DNA of 58,976 nucleotides from an uncultured Bacteroidales bacterium (GCA_937901185.1 CALCHR010000108.1:1-58976), one strand, 5' to 3'. Shown: positions 18,828 to 28,524, numbered from the stretch's first letter. Numbers and translations: made by a program. Notes: generated by a model not told the origin, from the sequence alone.

Positions 18828-20744
18828 ATGAAAAAAATATTATTTGCAAGTATGTTGGCTGTGACTACGTTGGGAGTCCAGTCTTGCTTGGACTACGATG
18901 ATCCCGGTGCAGAATTGGGAGCCAATCAGACTACGATTGATGCCACAGTACACCATGGTAATGTAGACTCCATTGATTTCCGTCGCGATATCTCTATTGA
19001 AGAATTGAAGCACGCTATTGATACTCTCAACAAAATGAAAATGTTGGGCCAGAGCCTTACCGGACAATACTGTTTGCGCGGCGCAAAGAACGGTGACGTT
19101 CCCGGTGCTCACGCTTATCAGCGTCAGTTCAGCCTCGGCCCCGATGGCTATGCTCAATACATGGTGGTACACCACAAGGACTTTATGTATGGTACGCTTA
19201 CTTCTACCTACAATGTGTCTGAAGACTTCAACGGCGACCCCCTCGGTTCTTACACCATGGTGAAGAATGCGTTGATGCCTTTGCTCAACCACCCTATCGT
19301 TGACACCATCCCCGAGTTTAAGGCCATCAACCTTCTCTACTATTGTGTATCTGCACAAGAAAGAGCAGACCTCTCCGGTCCTTATACCTACTTGGAAGAT
19401 AAACAGAACTCTGAAGAGCCTACTGAGTACAATGATATCAAGACTATCTATTATGGTGTAAAGGAAAACTTGGATACCATCGTAGCTTGCTTGAAGTACT
19501 ATGAGGAAAACCGCGATGCTCAGTATAAGAAAGAATTCCAGAAGGTGATGACTCGCTATTGCACCACCAGCCGTGCCATGTTTACCGGCGACTGGTCTAT
19601 GGATAGCTACATCCGTTTGGCCAACTCTTTGAAACTCCGTATGGCTTTGCACATGGTGAAGGTAGAACCCGAAACTGCCAAGCAGTGGGCGGAAGAAGCT
19701 GTAGCGTCAGGTGTTGTTGAGACTGTAGACCAGCAGCACGCTCTCTATCCTATGGTATCTGGTTTTACTCATCCCTACATTGATATCTGCAACTCTTGGA
19801 GCGACCTTCGCCTCTGCGCTTCGTTCGAGAGCTTGTTGATGTCGTTGAACCACCCCTACACCAAGTATGTGTTTGCCAACAACTCACAGCCCATCATCAA
19901 CGAGGCTACCGGTATCGAACTTCCTGCTCACAGCAAGATTGTAGGTCTCCGTGCCGGCCGTTTGATGCCCGATGGTCAGAACTATCCTTTGAATCCCTTG
20001 GCTGCCTTCTCCAGCATCAACTCCAGCTCAATGGCTCAGGCTCCTCTTTACCTTGTGAAGTTGGCTGAAGTAAACTTCCTCCGTGCTGAAGGTGCGCTCC
20101 GTGGTTGGAACATGGGTGGCGAAGCTCAGTACTTCTATGAAGAAGGTATCAAGAACGCTTATCTCGACGAACCTATGATGGGTGCTTACAGCTACAATGC
20201 TGTTTTGGATGAGTATATGAACCTCGAAGAGGCTTTGCCTTACACTCAGGTTGAGGCTTCCGGCGATGGTGAAGACTGGGAAAGCGTTACCAAGATAGGT
20301 GTGAAGTGGAACGAGGGTGACGATCAAGAGACCAAGCTTGAGAAGATTATCACTCAGAAGTACATCGCACTCTTCCCGCTCTCTACAGAGGCTTGGACTG
20401 AAATGCGTCGTACCGGCTATCCTAAGGTGTTCCCTGTATTGAACACAAATGATGGCGACGGCTCAATCAAGCAGGGAGAAATGATTCGCCGTATTCCTTG
20501 GCGTCTTGATGATCCTAAATTGCAAGAGGCGGCGGTTGCAGCTCTCGGTGGTCCGGACCTTCAAGCTACGCGTCTTTGGTGGGATGCTGAGTGTGGTAAT
20601 TTTGAAAATGTAACATCTATAGCACGCGTACCCTATGCTGTTTCTTCTAAAATATATGGCATTGATGGACGAGTAATGATGCAGAGTTGGGAGCAACTTC
20701 CTTCAGGTGTTTATATCGTAAATGGAAAGAAGAGAATAAAGTAA
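18828..20744 (+). CDS. SusD/RagB-like lipoprotein with a C-terminal T9SS-like tail
   Basis: Lipobox VQSC then acidic DYDD; 'ANSLKLRMAL', 'AEVNFLRAE', 'LEKIITQKYIALFP...EAWTEMRRTGYP', 'TRLWWD'; tail 'IYGIDGR...GVYIVNGKK'. Confidence 0.9.
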   Translation: MKKILFASMLAVTTLGVQSCLDYDDPGAELGANQTTIDATVHHGNVDSIDFRRDISIEELKHAIDTLNKMKMLGQSLTGQYCLRGAKNGDVPGAHAYQRQFSLGPDGYAQYMVVHHKDFMYGTLTSTYNVSEDFNGDPLGSYTMVKNALMPLLNHPIVDTIPEFKAINLLYYCVSAQERADLSGPYTYLEDKQNSEEPTEYNDIKTIYYGVKENLDTIVACLKYYEENRDAQYKKEFQKVMTRYCTTSRAMFTGDWSMDSYIRLANSLKLRMALHMVKVEPETAKQWAEEAVASGVVETVDQQHALYPMVSGFTHPYIDICNSWSDLRLCASFESLLMSLNHPYTKYVFANNSQPIINEATGIELPAHSKIVGLRAGRLMPDGQNYPLNPLAAFSSINSSSMAQAPLYLVKLAEVNFLRAEGALRGWNMGGEAQYFYEEGIKNAYLDEPMMGAYSYNAVLDEYMNLEEALPYTQVEASGDGEDWESVTKIGVKWNEGDDQETKLEKIITQKYIALFPLSTEAWTEMRRTGYPKVFPVLNTNDGDGSIKQGEMIRRIPWRLDDPKLQEAAVAALGGPDLQATRLWWDAECGNFENVTSIARVPYAVSSKIYGIDGRVMMQSWEQLPSGVYIVNGKKRIK

Positions 20745-20786
20745 TTTGGCATGTCTAACTTGGATTGTTTTCCTTTAGACACATAA

Positions 20787-20828
20787 ATACAACAGAGGAG
20801 AAACCCGCGGGTTTCTCCTCTGTTGTAT
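20787..20828. terminator. Bidirectional terminator
   Basis: ATACAACAGAGGAGAAACC-cgcg-GGTTTCTCCTCTGTTGTAT between convergent genes. Confidence 0.8.
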
Positions 20829-20851
20829 AAGACTTACTTCTGTTTTTAGAA

Positions 20852-21328
20852 TTAGAAGTAGTAGTTGAAGCCTATTTTTAAGCCTACGGTGCTGTTGTCG
20901 CTAAAGTCGTGGAGGCTCATCTTGTAGTAAACAGCCGGCTCGATGGTCACGTGTTTGTTTAAGAAGAATGCGTAGCCCACTTCTACAGGTATCATGATGT
21001 CGTTGTTGTTGGGAGTGAAGTGGTTGAACTCAGCACCCGCACCTAAGTAAATACCGTTTTGGCTGAAGTAGTAGCGTGCGCCCAAGCCGACGCGAACATC
21101 GTCAGTATATTCAGTATGCCCATAGCCTAAGTTGGCTTTTACCATAAAACAGTCGGCCAGAAAGTAACCGGCTTCGGCATCCAAACCTAAGCGGAACTTC
21201 TCATTGCTGCTGTAAGACAAGTCTAAGCCGGAGAGCGAAGCACCGACATATTTTTTGCCTTTCTCAAATTGTGCGTTGGCACTCAGTGTTGCTACCAATA
21301 ATAGCAAGCAAGTCATCCATTTTCTCAT
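20852..21328 (-). CDS. Small outer-membrane beta-barrel protein
   Basis: Signal peptide (ANAQFEKGK), amphipathic strands, terminal YYF. Confidence 0.85.
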   Translation of the reverse strand: MRKWMTCLLLLVATLSANAQFEKGKKYVGASLSGLDLSYSSNEKFRLGLDAEAGYFLADCFMVKANLGYGHTEYTDDVRVGLGARYYFSQNGIYLGAGAEFNHFTPNNNDIMIPVEVGYAFFLNKHVTIEPAVYYKMSLHDFSDNSTVGLKIGFNYYF

Positions 21329-21593
21329 ATCGATTTTACTTTTAAGAGTGTATAATTTTTTAATCTAGGATAGTCCGCAGTGACTGCTTACTGCAAAAAT
21401 AGAAATTTATTCTGTATAATAGCCAATATGGAATAAATTATAATATATTTTTAGAAATTTTGAACATCCCTCTTTGGCTTTAGTATTCCTAAAAGGAAAA
21501 GATGTTTGGAAATTTTGTGAGAGTAGGTAGGCCTTTTAGAAAAACGCGAAGGCCTTTCCTCTGTCGTGGCTTGGCCTCTTCGGAATAAGTTTA

Positions 21594-21601
21594 TAAATTT
21601 G
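21594..21601 (+). promoter_or_regulatory. -7 promoter element (TAAATTTG) for the S9 peptidase
   Basis: Exact TAnnTTTG upstream of ATG 21635. The divergent partner TATTTTTG is on the minus strand at 21394-21401. Confidence 0.55.
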
Positions 21602-21634
21602 CGTGTAAACCTAATGAGGATAAAAATATTTTTT

Positions 21635-23494
21635 ATGGACCAAGAAAAAAATATAAGTGAAGCTTTTGGGACTTCAGACTTGATGCCGCTGGAAGATTTC
21701 TTTCGCAATTCGGACCGCACAGCTTATCAGATTTCTCCGGATGGTCGCCACTTTTCTTACATGGCTCCCTACGAGAACCGGATGAATATCTTTGTGCAGT
21801 CTGTAGATGGTTGCGAACCTCTACGCCTTACTTCTGAGACTGAGCGTAGCATTGCGGGCTATATGTGGGCTGATAATGAGCGCATTCTGTTTATGAAAGA
21901 TACCGGAGGCGATGAAAATTTCCGCCTGTATGGTGTAAATCTTGACGGAACGGACTTGCGCGGCTATACGGAATTTCCCGGAGTGCGCACCACCATTATC
22001 GACGACCTCGAAGATGTTCCCGACGAGATAATCATCGGTATGAACCGCCGCAATCCGGAGGCCTTCGACCCCTACCGACTTAATTTGCGTACAGGAGAGA
22101 TGGTGCAGCTGGCAGAAAATCCCGGCAACTGGCAAGGATGGATGACCGACCACGAAGGACGCTTGCGCTCGGTGACAGCCATCGTTGACGGAGTGAACAC
22201 ACAAATCTTGTATCGCGATACAGAAGATGAGCCGTTCCGCCCAGTGCTTACCACCAACTTCAAAGAGTCAGTCAACTTTATAGAGTTCACTGCCGACAAT
22301 CGCCTGGTATATGCTTCGACCAACTTAGGTCGCGACAAAGTGGCGCTTGTGTTGATGGACCCTTCCACCTGTGAAGAACTTGAAGTTCTCTTTGAGCACG
22401 ACCGATACGACGTATCGAGCATCAGCTATTCGCGCCTTCACAAAAAACTCCTCTCTGTTTATTGCGTGGGTCATAAAGAGCCGGTGCGTCATTTCTTTGA
22501 CAAAGAGGAAGAAGCACTTAGGGCACGCATCAAAGCTCATTTCCCTAACCACCGTGTAGCAGTGGCCGATAGCGATAAGGCTGAGGAGAAATTGCTGCTC
22601 TATGCCGGAAGCGACCGCACACGTGGTGCTTACTATTTCTATAATGTGCATGAAGACAAACCGGTGAAGGTGGCTGAAGTGGCACCATGGATAAAGGAAG
22701 AAGAGATGGTGGAGATGCATCCCGTCTGTTATACTTCGCGCGACGGATGGACCATCGAGGCCTACCTTTCTTTGCCTAAGGGTGTTTCTTTAGATGCGGC
22801 CAAGCAGCTGCCTGTTGTGGTAAATCCCCACGGTGGTCCTTGGGCGCGCGACTCTTGGGGCTACTCTTCCGAGGTGCAGTTTTTGTGCAACCGAGGCTAT
22901 GCTGTGTTCCAAATGAACTTCCGCGGCTCCACCGGATATGGTCGTAAGTTTTTGGAAGCCAGCTACAAACAATGGGGTAGAGCCATGCAGGATGATATCA
23001 GTGATGGCGTGGCGTGGCTGGTAGCTCAAGGCATTGCCGATCCTAAACGCGTGGCTATCTATGGTGGTAGCTATGGAGGTTACGCTACGTTGGCCGGCAT
23101 CTGTTTTACTCCGGAACTTTATGCCTGCGCTATCGACTATGTCGGCGTGTCCAACTTGTTCACCTTCATGCAGACCATCCCGCCCTACTGGAAGCCTATG
23201 TTGGAAATGATGTACGAGCAAGTGGGCGACCCTGTGAAGGACCGAGAACTTTTAGAGGCTTGCTCGCCGGCTTTGCATGCTGAAAAAATCAAAGCACCGC
23301 TTTTTATTGCGCAGGGAGCTAACGACCCGCGCGTCAATAAAGCCGAGAGCGACCAGATGGTTGAGGCTTTGCGCAGCCGTGGTGTGGAGGTGGAATATAT
23401 GGTGAAGGACGATGAGGGACATGGTTTCCACAATCAAGAAAACCGCTTTGATTTTTATCGCGCCATGGAGCGCTTCCTTGCCAAGCATTTGTAG
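21635..23494 (+). CDS. S9 family (prolyl oligopeptidase / acylaminoacyl peptidase-like) serine peptidase
   Basis: 'HGGPW', GGSYGG nucleophile, 'DPRV', 'EGHGF'; N-terminal propeller; no signal peptide. Start moved to ATG 21635. Confidence 0.92.
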   Translation: MDQEKNISEAFGTSDLMPLEDFFRNSDRTAYQISPDGRHFSYMAPYENRMNIFVQSVDGCEPLRLTSETERSIAGYMWADNERILFMKDTGGDENFRLYGVNLDGTDLRGYTEFPGVRTTIIDDLEDVPDEIIIGMNRRNPEAFDPYRLNLRTGEMVQLAENPGNWQGWMTDHEGRLRSVTAIVDGVNTQILYRDTEDEPFRPVLTTNFKESVNFIEFTADNRLVYASTNLGRDKVALVLMDPSTCEELEVLFEHDRYDVSSISYSRLHKKLLSVYCVGHKEPVRHFFDKEEEALRARIKAHFPNHRVAVADSDKAEEKLLLYAGSDRTRGAYYFYNVHEDKPVKVAEVAPWIKEEEMVEMHPVCYTSRDGWTIEAYLSLPKGVSLDAAKQLPVVVNPHGGPWARDSWGYSSEVQFLCNRGYAVFQMNFRGSTGYGRKFLEASYKQWGRAMQDDISDGVAWLVAQGIADPKRVAIYGGSYGGYATLAGICFTPELYACAIDYVGVSNLFTFMQTIPPYWKPMLEMMYEQVGDPVKDRELLEACSPALHAEKIKAPLFIAQGANDPRVNKAESDQMVEALRSRGVEVEYMVKDDEGHGFHNQENRFDFYRAMERFLAKHL

Positions 23495-23552
23495 TTCAAA
23501 AAATGTGTTAGATGAAGGCTCTGACGTTTTAATATTTTCGCCCACTTGGCTA

Positions 23553-23594
23553 CAAGAAGAAAAGCACGCAAAATTTTGCGTGCTTTTCTTCTTG
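23553..23594. terminator. Perfect 42-bp palindrome, likely bidirectional terminator
   Basis: CAAGAAGAAAAGCACGCAAAA|TTTTGCGTGCTTTTCTTCTTG between convergent genes. Confidence 0.75.
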
Positions 23595-23725
23595 CAATAA
23601 AGCCATTTTGTAAGGATTTGATTTCTTTTAATTTGTTGTTAGTAAGATTATTTACTGTTTTATTACAGGTTTAATCTATGCGAATAATCTTGACTTTTTC
23701 TTAGGAATAAAAGAGTGTTTTTGGC

Positions 23726-24889
23726 TTAGAAAACCTCCACGTATGAGGCCAAGCGCTTGGCTTTGTCGCGCACTTCGTCAAGGTTGCCGTCCAGCGGAGC
23801 ATTGCATACAACAACGCCCATGCGGCGGTTGACACGAGTGGTGGGCTTGCCAAAAATGCGGAGGTCGGCATCTTCTTCGCAGGTGCGTTCGAGTCCTCTA
23901 TATTGCGGTTGCTCTTCGCTGGCAATGTTTGAGAGAATGACAGCGCTGGCTCCGATGCGCATGGGTTTGATGCAAGGAATGGGCAGACCCAAAGCTGCGC
24001 GAAGGTGAAGCTCGAACTCGTTGAAATTCTGTGTGTTAGCAAGCGTTACCATACCTGTATCGTGTGGGCGCGGCGATAGTTCGGAGAAGTAAACACCATT
24101 CTCGTGGCTCAAGAAGAACTCTACGCCCCAAATGCCGGCGCCGGTGAGTGCGCGGGTTACTTTCTCTGCCATTTCTTGTGCTTCAGTCAAGTGTTCAGGA
24201 GCGATGGCGGCAGGTTGGAAACTTTCGCGGTAGTCGCCGCCCTTTTGTACGTGTCCGATAGGAGGACAGAAGAGGGTGGGACCATCTTTTTGAGTGACGG
24301 TGAGCAGGGTGATTTCGCTATCGAAGCGGATAAACTCCTCAATGATAAGCTCTTTGATGTCGCCACGGCTTCCGTTGATACCATACTCCCAAGCGTGTTC
24401 CAACTCGTCGGCAGTCTTTACCAACGATTGGCCCTTGCCAGAAGACGACATGAGGGGTTTCACTACGCAGGGGAAACCAATGACGTCGGCAGCTGCCTTT
24501 AATTCGTCGAACGACTTGGCATAGAAGTACTTAGCCGTCTTTAGTCCTAACTCCTTAGCTGCCAGGTCGCGGATGGCTTTGCGGTTCATGGTGAAGTTGA
24601 CGGCGCGTGCAGAAGGGGTCACTTGGATGCCCTGCTCTTCGAATTCGTAGAGTCGCTCAGTGCGGATGGCCTCAATTTCCGGTACGATGATGTCGGGGCG
24701 GTGCTTCTCTACCGCCTTTTCCAAGGCTTCGCCGTCTAGCATGGAGAACACTTCGAACTCGTCAGCCACTTGCATGGCAGGTGCACCGGCGTAGGAATCG
24801 CACGCCACAACATATTGGCCGAGGCGTTGTGCGGCAATGACAAATTCTTTGCCCAATTCGCCAGAGCCTAAAAGCAGTATTTTCTTCAT
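23726..24889 (-). CDS. purT: Formate-dependent phosphoribosylglycinamide formyltransferase
   Basis: '[11 protein letters not shown]', 'APAMQVA', '[12 protein letters not shown]', 'SPRPHDTG', 'RRMGV'. Start moved to ATG 24889. Confidence 0.97.
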   Translation of the reverse strand: MKKILLLGSGELGKEFVIAAQRLGQYVVACDSYAGAPAMQVADEFEVFSMLDGEALEKAVEKHRPDIIVPEIEAIRTERLYEFEEQGIQVTPSARAVNFTMNRKAIRDLAAKELGLKTAKYFYAKSFDELKAAADVIGFPCVVKPLMSSSGKGQSLVKTADELEHAWEYGINGSRGDIKELIIEEFIRFDSEITLLTVTQKDGPTLFCPPIGHVQKGGDYRESFQPAAIAPEHLTEAQEMAEKVTRALTGAGIWGVEFFLSHENGVYFSELSPRPHDTGMVTLANTQNFNEFELHLRAALGLPIPCIKPMRIGASAVILSNIASEEQPQYRGLERTCEEDADLRIFGKPTTRVNRRMGVVVCNAPLDGNLDEVRDKAKRLASYVEVF

Positions 24890-24956
24890 ATTCAATAGTT
24901 TATTTTGTTTCTTCAAAAGGATGGTATGGCAATATATACCATACTGAATCTAACTA

Positions 24957-24964
24957 CAAAGATA
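24957..24964 (-). promoter_or_regulatory. -7 promoter element (TATCTTTG) for purT
   Basis: Exact TAnnTTTG on the minus strand. Confidence 0.55.
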
Positions 24965-25094
24965 CTCTTTTTTCTTGGGAATGGTCTTTCCTTTCAGAAT
25001 TTATTTCCAAAAAATGCATAGCGTGCTTGGGTGGAGATGGTGACAGGTAGAAACGCTGATGCCCCCTTGGGATACAGAATTGTTACCTGCCTTT

Positions 25095-25178
25095 TTTTTA
25101 GTAGTTACCTAGTTTTTCTTAGTAGTTACCTAGTTTTTCTTAGTAGTTACCTAGTTTTTCCTAGTAAACTCCGAAGTT
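25095..25178 (+). repeat. Family A 21-nt-period array
   Basis: TTYTTAGTAGTTAC-CTAGTTT at 25095, 25116, 25137, then TTCCTAGTAAACTC-CGAAGTT at 25158. Confidence 0.92.
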
Positions 25179-25261
25179 TTTCTCTTAGCTTACAATGAAA
25201 AGATAGTAGTGTGCGGAGCTTGTTTCTTTGTTGTGAATATGTAGTTTGGAGTAAAAAGAAA

Positions 25262-25287
25262 CGGCTCAGAACGATGAGTCTGAGCCG
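25262..25287 (-). terminator. Intrinsic terminator after the small ORF
   Basis: CGGCTCAGA-8 nt-TCTGAGCCG, followed by TTTCTTTTT on the minus strand. Confidence 0.7.
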
Positions 25288-25306
25288 GTAGTCTGTCACT
25301 TTCTTG

Positions 25307-25462
25307 TCAGCAAGAAGCCGGAGAGTTTTCCGTATAGTTTCTCTGCTGCATGGAGGTTGACGCGTCGCCTTCTTGCAAGGGATTGTAGAGGCGGGCAAAC
25401 TTTTTGAGAAACTCGATGGTCTCTTTTCGAGGACCGGGAGAGGACGGAGTAAAATTGTTCAT
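25307..25462 (-). CDS. Small 51-aa protein downstream of the ECF sigma factor (absent from the ORF track)
   Basis: ATG..TGA ORF MNNFTPSSPGPRKETIEFLKKFARLYNPLQEGDASTSMQQRNYTENSPASC, followed by its own terminator. Confidence 0.6.
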   Translation of the reverse strand: MNNFTPSSPGPRKETIEFLKKFARLYNPLQEGDASTSMQQRNYTENSPASC

Positions 25463-25556
25463 AGGCAATTCACAAGAATGTTTACACTCTTAATAACGCA
25501 GTGTGTCCACATTTATTATATATATACCATAAAAATCTCCGCCGGTTATATAAAAA

Positions 25557-25580
25557 CCGATGGCCCGTAAAGACCATCGG
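25557..25580 (-). terminator. Hairpin/terminator after the ECF sigma gene
   Basis: CCGATGG-loop-CCATCGG, followed by TTTTT on the minus strand. Confidence 0.55.
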
Positions 25581-25613
25581 CTATATTTGTTGCGCTAGAA
25601 AGGTGGCGTTGGA

Positions 25614-26207
25614 TTAAATGCCGCAGAGCGCAATGTTGTTTTCCTGAGCCATGCGGCGCATGTTCAAGATGGCATAGCGCATACGGCCCAAAGCGGTGTT
25701 GATGCTCACACCGGTGATGTCGGAGATTTCTTTGAAACTAAGGTCCTGGTAGTAGCGCATGAAGACTACTTCTCTCTGATTGTCAGGGAGATGGTCCATT
25801 AGCTTTTTGACATCCTTCAAGGATTGTTCGTAGACAAGAACGCTCTCGGTGCTCTCGTCGGCGAGCATGCAGTTGTTGAAAAGATCGCCTTCCACCTCGT
25901 CGTTGGAGATGGTATTCTCGTTGCGCTCTTCGCGAAACTGGTCAATGAGCAAGTTGTGCGCAATGCGAGTGAGCCAAGGGTAGAACTTACCGTTTTCTAC
26001 GTAGCGCCCTTGCTTGATGGTCATGATGGCTTTGACGAAGGTCTCTTGGAAGAGGTCGTCGGCCAAGTCGGCATTCTTTATAATATAAAAAATATAGGAG
26101 TAAAGTTTGTCCTTATAGCGTTCCAACAAGACGTCGAACGCCTCATTCTGCCCCGAAACATACAATGCAACCAACTGGTCGTCGGTGTGCAAACATAATT
26201 TGTCCAT
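25614..26207 (-). CDS. ECF-type RNA polymerase sigma-70 factor
   Basis: Region 2 'ADDLFQETFVK...WLTRIAHNLLIDQFR'; region 4 'LPDNQREVVFMRYYQDLSFKEI...SINTALGRMRYA'. Confidence 0.95.
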   Translation of the reverse strand: MDKLCLHTDDQLVALYVSGQNEAFDVLLERYKDKLYSYIFYIIKNADLADDLFQETFVKAIMTIKQGRYVENGKFYPWLTRIAHNLLIDQFREERNENTISNDEVEGDLFNNCMLADESTESVLVYEQSLKDVKKLMDHLPDNQREVVFMRYYQDLSFKEISDITGVSINTALGRMRYAILNMRRMAQENNIALCGI

Positions 26208-26280
26208 TACTTCTTAAAATATGATTGTTAGGAGTAATGTGTGTCGATAGGCTTATACGTTTAGGGGTTATGTTACGGGG

Positions 26281-26288
26281 CAAAGGTA
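26281..26288 (-). promoter_or_regulatory. -7 promoter element (TACCTTTG) for the ECF sigma gene
   Basis: Exact TAnnTTTG on the minus strand. The divergent partner TATTTTTG is at 26451-26458 (+). Confidence 0.55.
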
Positions 26289-26476
26289 GAAAAAAATCAT
26301 AGCTTGGCATACTTTTCTGATATTTTTTTCGTTCTGATGGGTAATTTTTTTCTTTTGAGGGGTAAAATGCTACCTTTTCTGGCATCTTGATAGTATGGGA
26401 AGGAGAGGTAGATAAGTGGCTGAAACTTAGCCTTACTCAGAAAAAAGTGTTATTTTTGCCCCCGAAAGTATCAACC

Positions 26477-27406
26477 ATGGTTTTGTCGCAGCGATATACA
26501 GATTTTTCAGCCTTCCTGGCCCGATATTTTGAGGGCAAGGTGCAAAAAATATCGGTAGATGCCGGATTTACTTGCCCCAATCGGGATGGGACGCTGGGAG
26601 TAGGGGGATGTTCGTATTGTAATAATCGTACTTTCAACCCCGACTATTGTGCCGAGCGTGAATCTGTGACGGCGCAGTTGGAGAAAGGAAAACTTTTTTT
26701 CGCTCGCAAATATCCCGCAATGAGGTACTTGGCCTATTTCCAGGCTTACACAAATACCTACGGCGAACTCTCAAAACTGAAAAGGCTCTATGAAGAGGCG
26801 CTGGAAGTTTCGGGCGTGGAAGGTTTGGTGGTGGGAACAAGGCCCGACTGCGTGCCGGATGATTTGTTGGACTACTTGGCAGAGCTTTCCCAAAGGGCCT
26901 TTGTGCTGGTAGAGTTTGGCGTGGAATGTACGAGCGATGCTTTGCTCAAGCGCTTGAACAGAGGCCACTCGTTTGCTTGCTCGTGTGATGCCATTCGGCG
27001 AACCGCTCAGCGTGGAATTGCTGTGGGAGCACATCTCATCTTGGGATTGCCCGGACAGCAGCGTGAAGACATCCTGGCTCAAGCCGAAGAGCTTTCGCAG
27101 TTGCCGCTCAACACCTTGAAACTGCATCAGTTGCAGCTGGTTAAAGGAACCCGCCTTGCTAAGGAATATGAGGCCGATGCTTCAGACTTTCATTTCTATA
27201 CAGCTGCGGAATATGCAGATTTGGTGGTTGATTTTTTGGAACGCCTGACTCCGGAGATTGCTGTGGAACGCTTCGCTTCGCAATCGCCAAAGGACTTGTT
27301 GATAGCACCAGACTGGGGACTGAAAAATTATGAGTTCACAGAGCTGGTAAAGCGCCGCTTACATGAGCGCGATACCTATCAAGGGCGATTATACTCAATA
27401 AGATAA
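26477..27406 (+). CDS. TIGR01212/YhcC-like radical SAM protein
   Basis: 'DAGFTCPNRDG...GGCSYC', 'YFQAYTNTY', 'GTRPDC', 'HLILGLPG', 'LKLHQL'. Start moved to ATG 26477. Confidence 0.9.
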   Translation: MVLSQRYTDFSAFLARYFEGKVQKISVDAGFTCPNRDGTLGVGGCSYCNNRTFNPDYCAERESVTAQLEKGKLFFARKYPAMRYLAYFQAYTNTYGELSKLKRLYEEALEVSGVEGLVVGTRPDCVPDDLLDYLAELSQRAFVLVEFGVECTSDALLKRLNRGHSFACSCDAIRRTAQRGIAVGAHLILGLPGQQREDILAQAEELSQLPLNTLKLHQLQLVKGTRLAKEYEADASDFHFYTAAEYADLVVDFLERLTPEIAVERFASQSPKDLLIAPDWGLKNYEFTELVKRRLHERDTYQGRLYSIR

Positions 27407-27422
27407 TGTATTCAGATTCTAT

Positions 27423-28499
27423 ATGAAAGAAAAAATGCTGTTCAATACCTTTGAACCTCAGGGAGGTAAACCTTTTGAGGAGCAAGTGTGCGAACTGAAA
27501 AACATGTTGCGCGAGTGGTTGCAGTCGGAAGGGCTATCGCCGGCCGATATGGTGCAGGCACGTGTCTACTTGACCGACGTGGCCAATCAGTGGGCAGCGG
27601 TAGAGGCTTCCTCTTTCTATGCTTGCTATTTGTCGGCAGCCGCTGTGTCTTATGTGGAGCAGCCGCTGCTTACAGGTGCCAAAATAGCTTTGCAGGTATG
27701 GTGTATGCGCACTGCCAATTTGCAAAAAAAAGGAACCCCCGATTGTCTCATAGTGAAAGCCGATGGGATGCGCTATCTGTTTCATTCTTTGAGACTTACA
27801 GATGCAGAGGCAAAAGACCTTGACGCAGAGCAGCAGACTCGTTTGTTGTTCTCTAAACATATAGATTTATTGAACGCTGAGGGTATGAACCTTCGAGACA
27901 ACTGTCATCGCACCTGGATATTTGTCAGGGATATCGACCGCAACTATTCGGGAGTGGTGACCGGTCGCAATCAGATTTTCCGGGAGGAAGGACTGACCGC
28001 AGACAACCACTTCATCGCCTCGACGGGCATTGGTGGAAACGCACTCAGCAAGGAGGCGCTGGTAAGTATCGACTTCTTCTCGGTGGAAGGCCTGTCGGCT
28101 GATGCCGTAGATTATATGCATGCCCCGGAATATCTTAACTCCACTCATGAGTATGGCGTGGCCTTTGAACGTGGTACGCGCTTGCGCTTTTCTGAGGGCA
28201 ACTTGCTTTTTGTCTCAGGCACGGCCAGCATAGACAAACATGGTGAATGTCTGTATCGTGGAGATGTTTTGGCGCAGACCGAGCGCTTGTTCCTAAATAT
28301 TGAACAGCTGTTGGCCGACAAAAATGCAAAGCTCTCCCACCTTAAATATATTATTGTGTATCTGCGCGACGTGGCAGATGCCCGCTTGGTCGCTTCGTAT
28401 CTGCAAACCCGCTTCCCCGCCTTGCCTTATCTCTTGACAGAGGCGCGCGTCTGTCGCCCGGAGTGGCTCATAGAAGTGGAAGGCATCGCCTATCTGTAG
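27423..28499 (+). CDS. Multi-domain Rid/YjgF superfamily hydrolase (chorismatase FkbO/Hyg5-like motifs)
   Basis: 'RTWIFVRDIDRNY', 'IASTGIGG', 'YGVAFERGT', 'FVSGTASID', 'VCRPEWLIEVEG'. Confidence 0.75.
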   Translation: MKEKMLFNTFEPQGGKPFEEQVCELKNMLREWLQSEGLSPADMVQARVYLTDVANQWAAVEASSFYACYLSAAAVSYVEQPLLTGAKIALQVWCMRTANLQKKGTPDCLIVKADGMRYLFHSLRLTDAEAKDLDAEQQTRLLFSKHIDLLNAEGMNLRDNCHRTWIFVRDIDRNYSGVVTGRNQIFREEGLTADNHFIASTGIGGNALSKEALVSIDFFSVEGLSADAVDYMHAPEYLNSTHEYGVAFERGTRLRFSEGNLLFVSGTASIDKHGECLYRGDVLAQTERLFLNIEQLLADKNAKLSHLKYIIVYLRDVADARLVASYLQTRFPALPYLLTEARVCRPEWLIEVEGIAYL

Positions 28500-28524
28500 C
28501 GGGAATGATAATTCCGAATATATT

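Noticed and set aside
23553..23594. Perfect 42-bp palindrome as a special site
   Set aside because: Its position between convergent genes and its A/T-rich outer arms are explained by a bidirectional terminator.
24890..24956. Purine or ZTP riboswitch before purT
   Set aside because: The predicted leader is only about 60 nt, with one small hairpin and no recognisable aptamer consensus.
25095..25178. Arrays as plasmid or phage replication iterons
   Set aside because: The period is iteron-like, but there is no rep gene and copies are scattered among core chromosomal genes.
25147..25398. 83-aa ORF from the track as the gene behind the sigma factor
   Set aside because: It has a non-ATG start and runs through a terminator into the repeat array. 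The 51-aa ATG ORF in another frame fits better.
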